Source of the DNA: the human T2T-CHM13v2.0 reference genome, Homo sapiens
Assembly (NCBI RefSeq): GCF_009914755.1
Contig: NC_060932.1
Strand: one strand, 5' to 3'
DNA length: 64,000 nucleotides
Position numbers and translations under genes: made by a program
Notes under the pieces: model-generated
The model's input: the letters and a program-made list of their open reading frames with translations, nothing else
The model's database searches: none
Told to the model about the DNA's origin: nothing
Part shown: positions 1 through 15,870 of the stretch, piece after piece
Position numbering within the stretch: the stretch's first letter is position 1
How the letters are laid out: every line of letters begins with the position of its first letter

Positions 1-999
1 ACCCTCGTGTGTGTTCAAGTCACACCTATGCTGGAGGCCATCCTTCCTCTATGTGAGCTGCAGCGTTCTTTGAAATTCGTCACATAAATCTTTCTAATGT
101 CCTCCGGAATTGAACTCTGGGGTGACCCAAATTAGTGCAGCAAATATATTGTGATATAGATGAATTACAGCTGGTGCCTCTGCCTTTATCAATGTGTCCG
201 GCGTTATTGGCTGTTGGAGTGAGAGCCAGATCTCATTCCACCAGCATTTCTCTCTGGGCAAGCACGCACATGCATGATACTTGGAGTGATCATGTCCGTT
301 GACCAGTGGGCACCGTGCAGTCTCACAGAGGATGGTTTTCATTCTTTGAAAAGCAGCTTTTGTTTTACCAGAGTCAATCACCAAAGAACTAAGCTGTCCT
401 GTCAACACTGCCAGCGTCAGACAGTTTAGCAGATGCAGTCCAGATGGACACTGTGTCCATCCTGAGGCTCGGCCAAAAGTGGTCTAAGAGCTGCTTATTC
501 TTGGGCTGTGTTTTCTAGTTCCTTGGGTGGATGGGCGGCCTAGACTTGTAACATGTGAAGACCCGGGTGGGCAACAGTGAGGGGACATCCAAGGCCATGA
601 CTCAGCAGGAGCACAGCTTCCTCCTCCTGGGGTGCACTGGCGTCAGGCGCCCATGAGATGGGAAAGCCAGGCTCTGAGATTCTGGATGACGAAGATCCTC
701 AAGCACTGTAACTTCTAGGAAAGGAAGTTAGATCCAGGGTGCCATCCCCGGGGTGCATCTCCTCTTTTGAGGTTGGTGTCCTGGTTATGAGCCGTGTGTT
801 TCTGCTGGGGCCACATCCACGGCTCCGCTTCTTCCTGGATCCTTGTGGTCCTGCATGATGGACCTTCCACTCTTGCTAGCAAGGAAATAAAAACACAGGA
901 ACACCAGCCTGGTGAGCCACAGTTGTGGGAGGAAGTCAAGCAGTTCAAGGATGCCCAAAGGCACAGGTACAGGTGTTGCTGGCTACTGGCTGTTGACTG

Positions 1000-1305
1000 T
1001 TTTTTTTTTTTTTTTTTTTGAGACAGAGTTTCGGTCTGTCGCCCATTCTGGAGTGCAATGGTGCCATCTTGACTCGGTCTTGGCTCACTGCAAGCTCTGC
1101 CTCCCAGGTTCAAGCGATTCTCGTGCCTCAGTGGGTAGCTGGGATTAGAGGCACCTGGCACCCTGCCCGGCTAATTTTTGTATTTTTAGTAGAGACGGGG
1201 TTTCACCATGTTGGCCAGGCTGGTCTCGAACTCCTGACCTCGTGATCCACGTGCCTTGGCCTCCCAAAGTGCTGGGATTACAGGTACGAGCCACCACGCC
1301 AGGAC
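1000..1305 (-). mobile_element. Alu (AluS family), full length
   Basis: Poly-T tail 1000-1019, then reverse-complement Alu right arm, TAATTTTTGTATTTTTAGTAG linker and left arm ending ccaccacgccagg; degenerate flanking repeat ggctgtt. Confidence 0.95.
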
Positions 1306-2049
1306 GGCTGTTTAATTGTTTAAGGTACAAGGAGTTTGTGCATCAATCTTTAGGGTTGAGACATTATATTTCTACGGAGGTAGTGAGAATATTTGAGACA
1401 CAGGCTGCTATCTGCAGCTGCAGCAGAGCTTTGGGGTGAGCACTCTTGGTAAGTGGTTTAGAATTAGCAACTGATAGCAAGGTTTTTATCAAATTCAGTA
1501 AACTTGACCCTCAGGGAGAAGTTTCTTGCAGTAGAGGGCTTCATTTGTGCCAGTGATGACACAATAATCTCTTGAGATGGACATTTAAGCTGTTTTTTAC
1601 AATGTAAGAAGTAACCAAAGACATTAACTCAGAAAAGCAACACTTCTCTGATGTATAATTTAGAGGGACATGGTGGAGTGAAGGAAGATGTGCATTCTCT
1701 TTCAGCTCTCTAGTGTTTTCCCCACTTCCCGTGGGCTTTGGGAGTGTAATCAGAGGACAGGGAGATACAGGTCCCCTCACTCATTGTCCAGTTGGGTTTG
1801 AAATAAAAAGCAAGCTGGAGCCCGTTCACTGCAGCGTCTGAGGGAGGCCGGGGAGGCACTGCCACATGCTGGTCAGACAGGCATGTGGTAGCTGAGCCCT
1901 GCCTTTTGTTAGCATCTCCTCCTTATTCCTGAACCACTTCTAAGAGTAGTGTTGTGGTTATTTACTATACAGTCACTCAGACAAATTACTCAAATAACTG
2001 TTATTTCAGTTAAGCTTTTCGCTGTGGGCTTGTATGGACTTCAGCATGA

Positions 2050-2352
<303 letters not shown>

Positions 2353-5300
2353 ATGGCGCTGATAATCTTGGTCTTGACTCTGATTGAGCCCACACCTCCT
2401 GGTGCACTCCAGCATCAAAAAACACTTAAAAATGGTGCGCTTCCATCTGAAAACCTAACATTTAAAATTGGCATGCTTTAAAAATATGAAATTCATTGGC
2501 TACTTACATCATTTCATGTGTCTGGGGTCAGGAGAACGCAGTCTGTGTGGGGCTGAGGACGCTGGCCTCACAGGAGGCTGGCTCTGGTCTGAACCTTGGG
2601 CGTCCGCAGCCTGTGTGAGGGGGCATATCCTTATCCCTCATGGCTGCAGCTTCCCAGAGGTGGGTGACACCAAGGGATTGTTTCGAGTATTAGGTGAGAC
2701 AGTGCGTGCATGGTCAGGTGTGGTCCCGCACAAGCAGGTGGTCTGTCAGACTAGCAATAGTGAGTGTGAGCAGCTCGGATCTCTAGAGAAAGAAAATCAG
2801 CTCAGAAACCTTTTGAGGTTAATAAATAATGATAAACAGAAGCATTTCATCCCGAGGGGCAATCTGAAAGTTAAGAGACTAAGACATGAAGGCACATGGA
2901 GTGCTTGCAGTCTTGGGTCTCAGCAGGGAAGAAGTATTGTTCTCTTGAGTTTCCACTTGGATATCCAGCAGAAAAACGCTAACAAGAACTTGTTTAAAGG
3001 TGATTGTCAGTGTGGTCAGTTGTGAAGTGGGATGCCCCATAACAAGCAAAACGGCGGCAGACAGGAAGCATAGCCATTAACCCCGAATACAGGAAAAAGG
3101 GACAAACTATTTAGAAAAATGAAACAATAGAGAATCCCCATGTAATTTTCCCTTTTAGTGTTGCTCCTTTTTAAAAAATCATGAGAAATCTTTCAGAAAG
3201 TTTGGGAAGGAATAGAGAAGTAAACTGGGCTAATTTATTGATTCAAAATTTTGATGAGTTACAGACATCTGTGGTGACGTGTTGGGATTTGAGTGGCTCA
3301 GGTGATGCTTATGTGTTTGCACATCCTAGACGGTAGCTTGGGTTAGGGGCAACAGAGACACTCATTTCTACTCCCCTTCCTCCTAGGGACACGAGCCTCT
3401 TGCGTTCCCTGGGATTCTTCCCATTAAAAATGACAACTCAATGGGAACAGAAGCCACATTGTATGCATCCACAGGCCCCTAGAGCAGCCTCCACGGACAT
3501 GTTACGGAAAACATGAAAGATGGAGTCAGAAGCCATGAAAATGGACCACGGCTGAGCTGACTGGCTTCAGCAGCTGCGGGGGTCATGCCGACCCCAGAGT
3601 CACTTGTGCAGCTCTACACAGGAGGGTTTTCTTCCTGTTCACAATTATGAAACATTGAGGGAGAGATAGCTTTAAGTACGAATAATAGTAAGAACTTACA
3701 TGCATGCATCGTTTTCCTACCATACCTTCAAGACATTTTCTAGATGATCTTATCACAGGTTTTGTACGTTTTTATAAAGAAGAAACATACATTATCCCTA
3801 TTTATTCAGATTCATTTGCACAGCACAGTGTTGCTACAATTTGCCTGGAGTTGTGGAGTTAGTGAGGGGCTGCGGAATGCTCATCTCTTCAGGGGTGAGG
3901 GAGAGTGCGTGCGTGGCGTGCGTGGCTCAGAGGGAGGATGGAGGTGTGAGGGAGGCCTTGCTCCTCCTCCGTGTCCTCCGCCTCCCACCCTGGGGAGCAC
4001 AGTGCCCTTCTGGGTTATTTAATCACAGGTCCATGCTATGCCAGTTTGTCTGTGACTTAAGACTTTCTGACTGATGACCAAAGACTTTTTTTCTTATAGA
4101 AATTGAATTTTGAGACTGAAGATACATGTTGTTCACTGCAGAAAGCCATATGTTCCTCAGCTTTACAGGGCTGCCAATCCCCCGCCTCCTCTCAGCTGAT
4201 TTCTGTAATTCACTTGGTGTCTCCTTGGCAGTTTCTGTGGGCTCCGAACAATTTCTAAGCATGCACCTCTGTCCTGTTTGGCCGAGGAAGATTCGGTGGC
4301 GTCTCTCCTTCGTGCTGACCTCCTGCTTCTGGCTGTGGGATGTGATTGCTGGGCCGGCTGTGGAACAGGTTCAGGGGGTTATGCTTGCATTGTGAGCCCC
4401 TGAGCTGTAAAATCCTGGGGCAGGCATCACACAGTTATATACTGACCTGTATTTCTGTTGTCCTTGATAAGACATGAATGACATTTAACTCATAAACCTA
4501 ATTTTGGTTTAGAAATTATGCCTCTTTTTTTTTTTTTAAAGTAGAAGGACTCTTAGGGATGGAAAAAATTTTTCACTTTTCTGTAGGGCAGGTTGATGTG
4601 GTCTTCTTAGTGTAAACAGGGGTCTTTAAAATATTACTGCTAGATGTTTTTATGATGATTTTGGAAGTGTGAGTGTCCTATTCTCCAGACAGGTGCCTTC
4701 CAGCTCCATTTCTCCATTTCGTGAAGTTGTGACAGGTCCCTTGGTCCTCCTGTGCTGGGGTCAGAATCAAGTAGTGATTGTAAAATTACCTAATTTATGT
4801 CAGTGATTGCTAACATTTCCATAAACTCTAAACACTTAATCATGCATATTGCTACTTTCTGTCCACATCTACTTGCAAATGTCCTTAAGAATTTTGTGCA
4901 AATGCTCAAAACTAAGAGATATGAGTTTTAATGCAAACGTGCTGTGCAGAGGCATTTTGTAAAAGGATCGAGGGACCTCTGTGAATGCTTAGATTTAAAT
5001 ACGTTTCATAGAGTTATTAGGTAGATCTCCCTTATTAAGTAGAGAAAAACACTTTCAGAAACACATTTTGATTTTCCTAAAAGGGTTTTATCCTCTTTAT
5101 CCAAAATCCTGGGCCTGCACTAGCCGGGTCTAAGGCAGGCCGGCTAGCTCTGTCACTAAGTACTTGCTACTTAATTGTTTCACACCCAAAATTTGTGGAT
5201 TGCCAGGGCAACTTTCAGTTCCAAATTAAAAGGCTGTCTGTACTAGTCCAACCCAGCTGGTTTAGTTAAGAGTAATGGTCACGAGAGTGGCAACCCCTAC

Positions 5301-5555
5301 CTTGCTACCCAGAGACGCATTGAACACGACGTGGCCTCTGGGGCTCTGCCCCACTGTTAGGTGAAAATATTTATCCTCAGAAGCTCCTTTATTTTAAAAT
5401 GACTTTGTTTAAAAAGTTATGGAAGTAATTTACACTAACCATAAAAATTGAAGCGGCACATATAGAATAAACAATGGAAAGGGCAGTGTGGAGCGTGTCC
5501 TTCTAAACTGATTGTGTCTGGTGGGGACAGAATTCTAGGCTCATCTGCAATTTTA

Positions 5556-5851
5556 TTTCATTTTATTTTTTTAGAGACAGGTTCTCTCTCTGTCTCCAGG
5601 CTGGAGTGCAGTGGCACCATCATAGCTCACTATAGCCTCCAACTCCTGGACTCAAGCGATCCTCTTGCCTCAGCCTCTCGAGTAGCTGGGACTAAGGCAT
5701 GCACCACTATGCCTGGCTAATTTTCTATTTTTTGTAGAGACAAGGTCTTGCTCTGTTGCCCAGGCTGCTCTTGACCTCCTGGGCTGAAGCGATTCTCCTG
5801 CCTCAGCCTCCCAAAGTGCAGGGATTACAGGCATCAGCCACTGTGCCCAGC
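5556..5851 (-). mobile_element. AluJ
   Basis: Old-Alu diagnostics (atcatagctcact, gatcctcttgcc, ttgcccaggctg); TSD ctcatctg(c/t)aatttta at 5540-5555 and 5852-5867. Confidence 0.93.
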
Positions 5852-5984
5852 CTCATCTGTAATTTTAAATTTTCTAGTAGCCATATTGAAAAAGTAAAAA
5901 CAGGCAAAATCATGTTTAATAATATATTATTTAAACCATCGTGTTTAAAATGTCATCTCATAATCATTATATTAATATTAATAA

Positions 5985-6274
<290 letters not shown>

Positions 6275-6715
6275 TTAATAGAGTATTTTACTGTCTTTTC
6301 TTTGGTACTAAGTCTTCAAACTCTGAAAAGTATTTGAGACACTTGCAGCCCATCTCGACTGGACAGGCAACGTTACAGGTGTTTGAGAGGGATGTGGGGT
6401 CATGGCGCCCTGGCTCCAGCACAGTGCCACACATGGCTTCTTGTGGCATGCATGGAATTAAGTGCTCTGCAAATCACTTCTTCCGCTGAACGGTGTACAT
6501 CAGAGGGTTTTGTGTGTATGTGTAGGCAGAGCTTCCTAATTCCTCTGGGTGGTGGTGTTAGAGCTAGAGTACATGGAATGCACCCCAGATGCATTGAGCC
6601 ATCAGCACACACACTCCATGCAGGACCTTCCAGATTGTTCTCTGTAACAGTAGGATGGCATGGACACACTTGTTTATGCTGGGTGGAGGAGTGCCCAGGC
6701 CATTGCTGACAGATC

Positions 6716-6981
6716 TGTTGAGCTGCTTGGCTGCTGTAACCAAGCCCTGGAGCCTGGGAGGCCTGAACAGCAGAAACTCATCTTCTCACAGCTCTGGAGG
6801 CTGTGAATCCCCAGTCAATGCGTCAGCAGGGCTGGTTTCTGCAAAGGCCTCTTTCTTTGGTGGGCAGACAGCTGATTTCTCACAGTGTTTTCACATGGTC
6901 TCTGGTGTCTTTACAAGGGCACTAATCCTATTGGATCAGGGCCCCATCCTCATAATCTCATTTTACCTTAATCACTTCTTT
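6716..6981 (-). mobile_element. MLT1 (ERVL-MaLR) LTR, left piece, split by the L1
   Basis: ttctcacagctctggaggctg...gcagggctggtttct...ttggatcagggcccc...tcattttaccttaatcac is a typical MLT1 reverse-strand sequence. Confidence 0.75.
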
Positions 6982-7216
6982 TTTTTTTTTTAAGTTTATT
7001 TTCCTTTTATTATTATACTTTAAGTTTTAGGGTACATGTGCACATTGTGCAGGTTAGTTACATATGTATACATGTGCCATGCTGGTGCGCTGCACTCACT
7101 AACTCGTCATCTAGCATTAGGTATATCGCCCAGTGCTATCCCTCCCCCCTCCCCCCACTCCACAACAGTCCCCAGAGTGTGATATTCCCCTTCCTGTGTC
7201 CATGTGATCTCATTGT

Positions 7217-11043
<3,827 letters not shown>

Positions 11044-11106
11044 CATGATGTTAGCTGTTTATTTTGCTCGTTAGTTGATGCAGTTTCTTCCTAGTCTCGA
11101 TGGTCT

Positions 11107-12122
11107 TTACATTTTGGCATGATTTTGCAGTGGCTGGTACCAGTTGTTCCTTTCCATGTTTAGCGCTTCCTTCAGGAGCTCTTTTAGGGCAGGCCTGGTG
11201 GTGACAAAATCTCTCAGCATTTGCTTGTCTGTAAAGTATTTTATTTCTCCTTCACTTAGGAAGCTTAGTTTGGCTGGATATAAAATTCTGGGTTGAAAAT
11301 TCTTTTCTTTGAGAATGTTGAATATTGGCCCCCACTCTCTTCTGGCTTGTAGGGTTTCTGCCGAGAGATCCGCTGTTAGTCTGATGGGCTTCCCTTTGAG
11401 GGTAACCCGACCTTTCTCTCTGGCTGCCCTTAACATTTTTTCCTTCGTTTTGACTTTGGTGAATCTGACAGTTATGTGTCTTGGAGTTGCTCTTCTCGAG
11501 GAGTATCTTTGTGGCGTCTCTGTGTTTCCTGAATCTGAACGTCGGCCTGCCTTGCTAGATTGGGGAAGTTCTCCTGAGTAATATCCTGCAGAGTGTTTTC
11601 CAACTTGGTTCCATTCTCCCCATCACTTTCAGGTACACCAATCAGACGTAGATTTGGTCTTTTCACGTAGTCCCATATTTCTTGGAGGCTTTGCTCATTT
11701 CTTTTTATTCTTTTTTCTCTGAACTTCCCTTCTCGTTTCATTTCTTTCATTTCATCTTCCACCGCTGATACCCTTTCTTCCAGTTGATCGCATCGGCTCC
11801 TGAGGCTTCTGCATTCTTCACGTAGTTCTTGAGCCTTGGTTTTCAGCTCCATCAGCTCCTTTAAGCACTTCTCTGTATTGGTTATTCTAGTTATACATTC
11901 TTCTAAATTTTTTTCAAAGTTTTCAACTTCTTTACCTTTGGTTTGCGTGTCCTCTCATAGCTCAGAGTAATTTGATCGTCTGAAGCCTTCTTCTCTCAGC
12001 TCGTCAAAGTCATTCTCCATCCAGCTTTGTTCCGTTGCTGGTGAGGAACTGCGTTCCGTTGGAGGAGGAGAGGCGCTCTGCTTTTTAGAGTTTCCAGTTT
12101 TTCTCTTCTGTTTTTTCCCCAT
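11107..12122 (-). pseudogene. L1 ORF1 (RNA-binding p40), disrupted
   Basis: ATG GGG AAA AAA CAG at 12122; in-frame TGA at codon 56 (11955-11957); 1-bp deletion near 11517; C-terminal piece ...QPLQNHAKM ends at 11107. Confidence 0.95.
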
Positions 12123-13022
12123 CTTTGTGGTTTTATCTACTTTTGGTCTTTGATGATGGTGATAAACAGATGGGTTTTCAGTGTGGATGTCCTTTCTGTT
12201 TGTTAGTTTTCCTCCTAACGGACAGGACCCTCAGCTGCAGGTCTTTTGGAGTACCCTGCCCTGTGTCAGTGTACCCCTGTTGGGGGGTGCCTCCCAGTTA
12301 GGCTGCTCAGGGGTCAGGGGTCAGGCACCCACTTGAGGAGGCAGTCTGCCCCTTCTCAGATCTCCAGCTGCGTACTGGGAGAACCACTGCTCTCTTCAAA
12401 GCTGTCAGACAGGGACATTTAAGTCTGCAGAGGTTACTGCTGTCTTTTTGTTTGTTTGTGCCCTGCCCCCAGAAGTGGAGCCTACAGAGGCAGGCAGGCC
12501 TCCTTGAGCTGTGGTGGGCTCCACCCAGTTCGAGCTTCCCGGCTGCTTTGTTTACCTAAGCAAGCCTGGGCAATGGTGGGCGCCCCTCCCCCAGCCTGGC
12601 TGCCACCTTGCAGTTTGATCTCAGACTGCTGTGCTAGCAATCAGCGAGACTCCGTGGGGTAGGACCCTCTGAGCCAGGTGCAGGATATAATCTTGTGGTG
12701 TGCCTTTTTTCAAGCCCGTCAGAAAAGCGCAGTATGCGGGTGGGAGTGACCCGATTTTCCAGGTGCCGTCCGTCACCCCTTTCTTTGACTAGGAAAGGGA
12801 ACTCCCTGACGCCTTGCGCTTCCCGAGTGAGGCAATGCCTCGCCCTGCTTCGGCTCGCGCATGGTGCGCGCACCCACTGACCTGTGCCCACTCTCTGGCC
12901 CTCCCTAGTGAGATGAACCTGGTACCTCAGATGGAAATGCAGAAATCACCCGTCTTCTGCCTTGCTCATGCTGGGAGCTGTAGACTGGAGCTGTTCCTAT
13001 TCGGCCATCTTGGCTCCTCCCC
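12123..13022 (-). promoter_or_regulatory. L1 5' UTR bidirectional promoter (sense plus antisense), YY1 site intact
   Basis: AAGATGGCC YY1 motif at 13003-13011 (- strand); CpG-containing UTR of standard 900-bp length. Confidence 0.8.
12573..12662 (+). pseudogene. L1 antisense ORF0, truncated to 29 aa
   Basis: MVGAPPPAWLPPCSLISDCCASNQRDSVG* matches the N-terminus of primate L1 ORF0; gtggggtagg (recalled consensus gtgggcgtagg) gives a 1-bp deletion and an immediate TAG. Confidence 0.85.
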
Positions 13023-13026
13023 TGTG

Positions 13027-13085
13027 AATCACTTCTTTATTCCAAATGCACCTACACTGGGGGCTCAACACAGTTCAGTCCAGAG
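13027..13085 (-). mobile_element. MLT1 LTR, right piece
   Basis: tccaaatgcacctacactggggg...cacagttcagtcc continues the MLT1 sequence interrupted at 6981. Confidence 0.65.
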
Positions 13086-13097
13086 CATGCTTTTCTC

Positions 13098-13284
13098 TTC
13101 TTTTCTTTTCCCTTCTTTCTTTCTTTTTTTTTTTTTTCAGACAGGGTCTTGCTCTGTCGCCCAGGCTGGAGTGCAGTGGTGCCATCATAGTTCACTGCAG
13201 CGTCTGCCTCCTGGGCTCAAGTGATCTTCCCACCTCAGTCTCCCAAAGTGTGGGGATTACAGGCATAAGCCACCATGCCTAGCC
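13098..13284 (-). mobile_element. Monomeric Alu (FRAM-like, or AluJ with internal deletion)
   Basis: Right-arm 3' part (ctggagtgcagtgg) joined directly to a left-arm-type 5' part (ctcccaaagtg...gattacagg); T-rich tail. Confidence 0.85.
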
Positions 13285-13482
13285 TAATAGCATTATTTTC
13301 TGAGAAGGTGGTAGTGACTTAATGTTTTCTGGTTTCTAGAACTTTCTTCTACCACTGTTAGCCATCCAAATCTTTGCCTTCTCTCAAGCAGACACTAACA
13401 GGGAATATCTGTAGCAGGGCCACATTTCTCTGTGTCATTTGCAGAGTTCATTGCATAGTCTTCCAGTCTTGCCTGCATTCCT

Positions 13483-14320
13483 TTTTTATATTTTATTTTT
13501 AAAATTTAATTATAAATTTATATTTTATTTTAAATTGACAAATAATCACTGTATACTTATGGAGTACAGTGTGATGTTTTGATCTATGTATACACTGGGG
13601 AAAGAGTCAAGCAAGCTAACTGACATACCTGTCACCTCACCAACTTACCATTTTTTCTTTTTAGTGAAAACATTAAAATTCTATTCTAGAGATTTTGAAA
13701 TGTTTGAATTATTATTAGCTGTGTTTGCCATGCAATGCAGTGATCACTAAGCCTTAGTCTAAACTTTGTACCCTTTGACCTACATCTGCCCTTTCCTCAT
13801 CCCCGCCAACCCCACCTACCAGCCTGGCCCTCACTGTTCTACTCTGTTTCCATGGGGTTCACTTTTTCAGATTCCACATATCCGTGAGATCATGAGGCAT
13901 CTGTCTTTATGTGCCTGGCTTTTTTCACTCAGCATAATGTCTTCCAGGCTCATTCACATTGTCATTAATAACAGGATTTCTTTTTCTTTTAAAGCCAACT
14001 GGCATTCCACTGTGCACACACCACGTTTTCCTTATTCATCCATTGACAGACACGTAGGTTGATTCCATATCTTGTCCATTGTGAGTAGTGACTGTGCAGT
14101 GACCATAGTGGTACAGACATCTCAACGTAGTGATCTCACACCCAGAAGTGGGATTGCTGGGTCTTGTGCTAGCTCTACTTTGGTTTTTCAGGGAGGCTCT
14201 GCACAGTTTTCCACAGCATTTAACTAATTTACCTTCCCGTCAGTGGTGAACGTGAGTCCCCTTCACCCATATCCTCAGCCACATTTACCGTTGCTCCTTT
14301 TGAAAATATCCGCTCTAGTC
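13483..14320 (-). mobile_element. Old L1 3' end (L1MA-type)
   Basis: ttttcagattccacatatccgtgagatcatg...ttcactcagcataatgtcttccagg...cccagaagtgggattgctgg is the L1MA 3' UTR/ORF2 end in reverse. Confidence 0.85.
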
Positions 14321-15579
14321 ACATGCTGGTTAGCTCAGTCTGCAGGGCAGGAGGCTCTTGTGGCAATTTGGAAACTCACAGCACATTGTCATTAACCAGA
14401 GTCGCCGTGTCTGGCAGATGTCCAAACCTGTTCCTGCCGCCTCACCAAAGGCTGGTGCCCTGTGGCCAGGTTTGGTCCTTCCGCCTTCCCCACACCCCCT
14501 TTTTATTCCTTTTCCAAGGATCCAAAGGAATCCCCCTGTACCAGAGTAGCAATTATTGAGGACATCAAAAAAGTATACCAAGATATATTTGCTTGTGCTA
14601 GGGTTTTGTGCAAGGGAACTAGCATCTGGCAATGAATTACATTTCTCTCCATGAGGTTGTATAGTACCTTATGATTTTCAATGCATTTTGTAGCTTTGTT
14701 TCAGCCCAGGCATGAAAATATGTATAGATAACCCCTTTTTTTGGTTTTTATTATTAACTGATCTTTATTCCCTTAAGAGTAAGTCGTGCATCTGTTAAGA
14801 ATTTGTAGTCTTTTTTTGTATTAAAACTTCATACTTATTGTTAGTAAGGACTATATTGCTCGGGATGGTATACCTGATAGTGCCAAATTTATAAGCATCA
14901 TCAGATGTTAAAACTTTGTGTTGAAAATTTTTGCTTATGTTTTCTCTATTATTTAAATGACGTTAAGTTTTTTCTTACTATTTCTTGAACTTCTTAATAA
15001 TGAGGTTTGATTCCTAAAGCTATTCATGGAAGGGTTAGGAACATCACAGAAAATAATCGATAAGACCTCAGGGATTTTTTTTTTGTTGCTATTTTAATTG
15101 CTTAAAATGCAAACCTGAATGCAAATATGAAAGCATTTTGAGACTTGCTACAACTGTGATTAACTGCTGTAATTAACTTTTAGTGTGACAGCCCTCTCAA
15201 AAGTGGGGTGTTGCCCAAGTACCGCATTAAACCTATGAATGACTGCAGATTACAGGGGTGGTGGGGAGCGCTGAGCCCATTAACACAAGAGGACAAAGAA
15301 GTTCATTGTGACACGGTGATTTGGCTGAACATTTAAATGACTTGTTAAAGAACGAACTTACTTCTTAGAGTCACACAAAGCACATGAAAAATTTGTCTAA
15401 GGGCCCATGTCATTGTTGCTATGGGAACTACAACTTCATTTCCTGACATAGGTTTGTTAGAGTTTTTTTGCAACAACAATTATATAACCTAATGTTTGTG
15501 CTATAATTTTTTGTTTCTTTTGTGAAAAAGGAGAAGTTGAGTGCATTTAGGAGATAGGATAATACCACTGCTATTCAAA

Positions 15580-15870
15580 ACTGGGAGCTGGGGGGATGGA
15601 GAGAGGCTGATTAATGGGTAGAAATGTACAGTTAAAAGGAAAGAGAAAACCTGGTGTTCAATCAACCAGCAGGATGACTACCATTAACATTAATTGATTG
15701 TACATTTCAAAATACCTGGAAGAGAAAAATTTGAATGTTTCTAGCATAAAGAAAAGATGAATGAGGTGAAAGATATCCCAGTTATCCTGATTTTATTATA
15801 TGAATGTAACAAATTATTGTGTGCACCTCCCAGATATGCACATTTATTATGTTTCAATAAAAAGGTATAA
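15580..15870 (+). mobile_element. Old L1 3' UTR fragment (L1MA-type)
   Basis: ttaatgggtagaaatgtacagtt...tgtacatttcaaaata...aatttgaatgtttctagcataaagaaaagat...ttatgtttcaataaaaa. Confidence 0.8.

Noticed and set aside
2468-3025. 185-aa ORF in non-repeat DNA
   Set aside because: Non-ATG start, no recognisable domain and no convincing splice boundaries; compatible with chance.
3905-3926. Four GCGTG (AhR-core-like) motifs in 20 bp
   Set aside because: A short simple-repeat-like stretch; motif too short to support a claim.
5120-5147. Hairpin ctagccgg...ccggctag
   Set aside because: An 8-bp stem is too short for a pre-miRNA and is plausible by chance; no other support.
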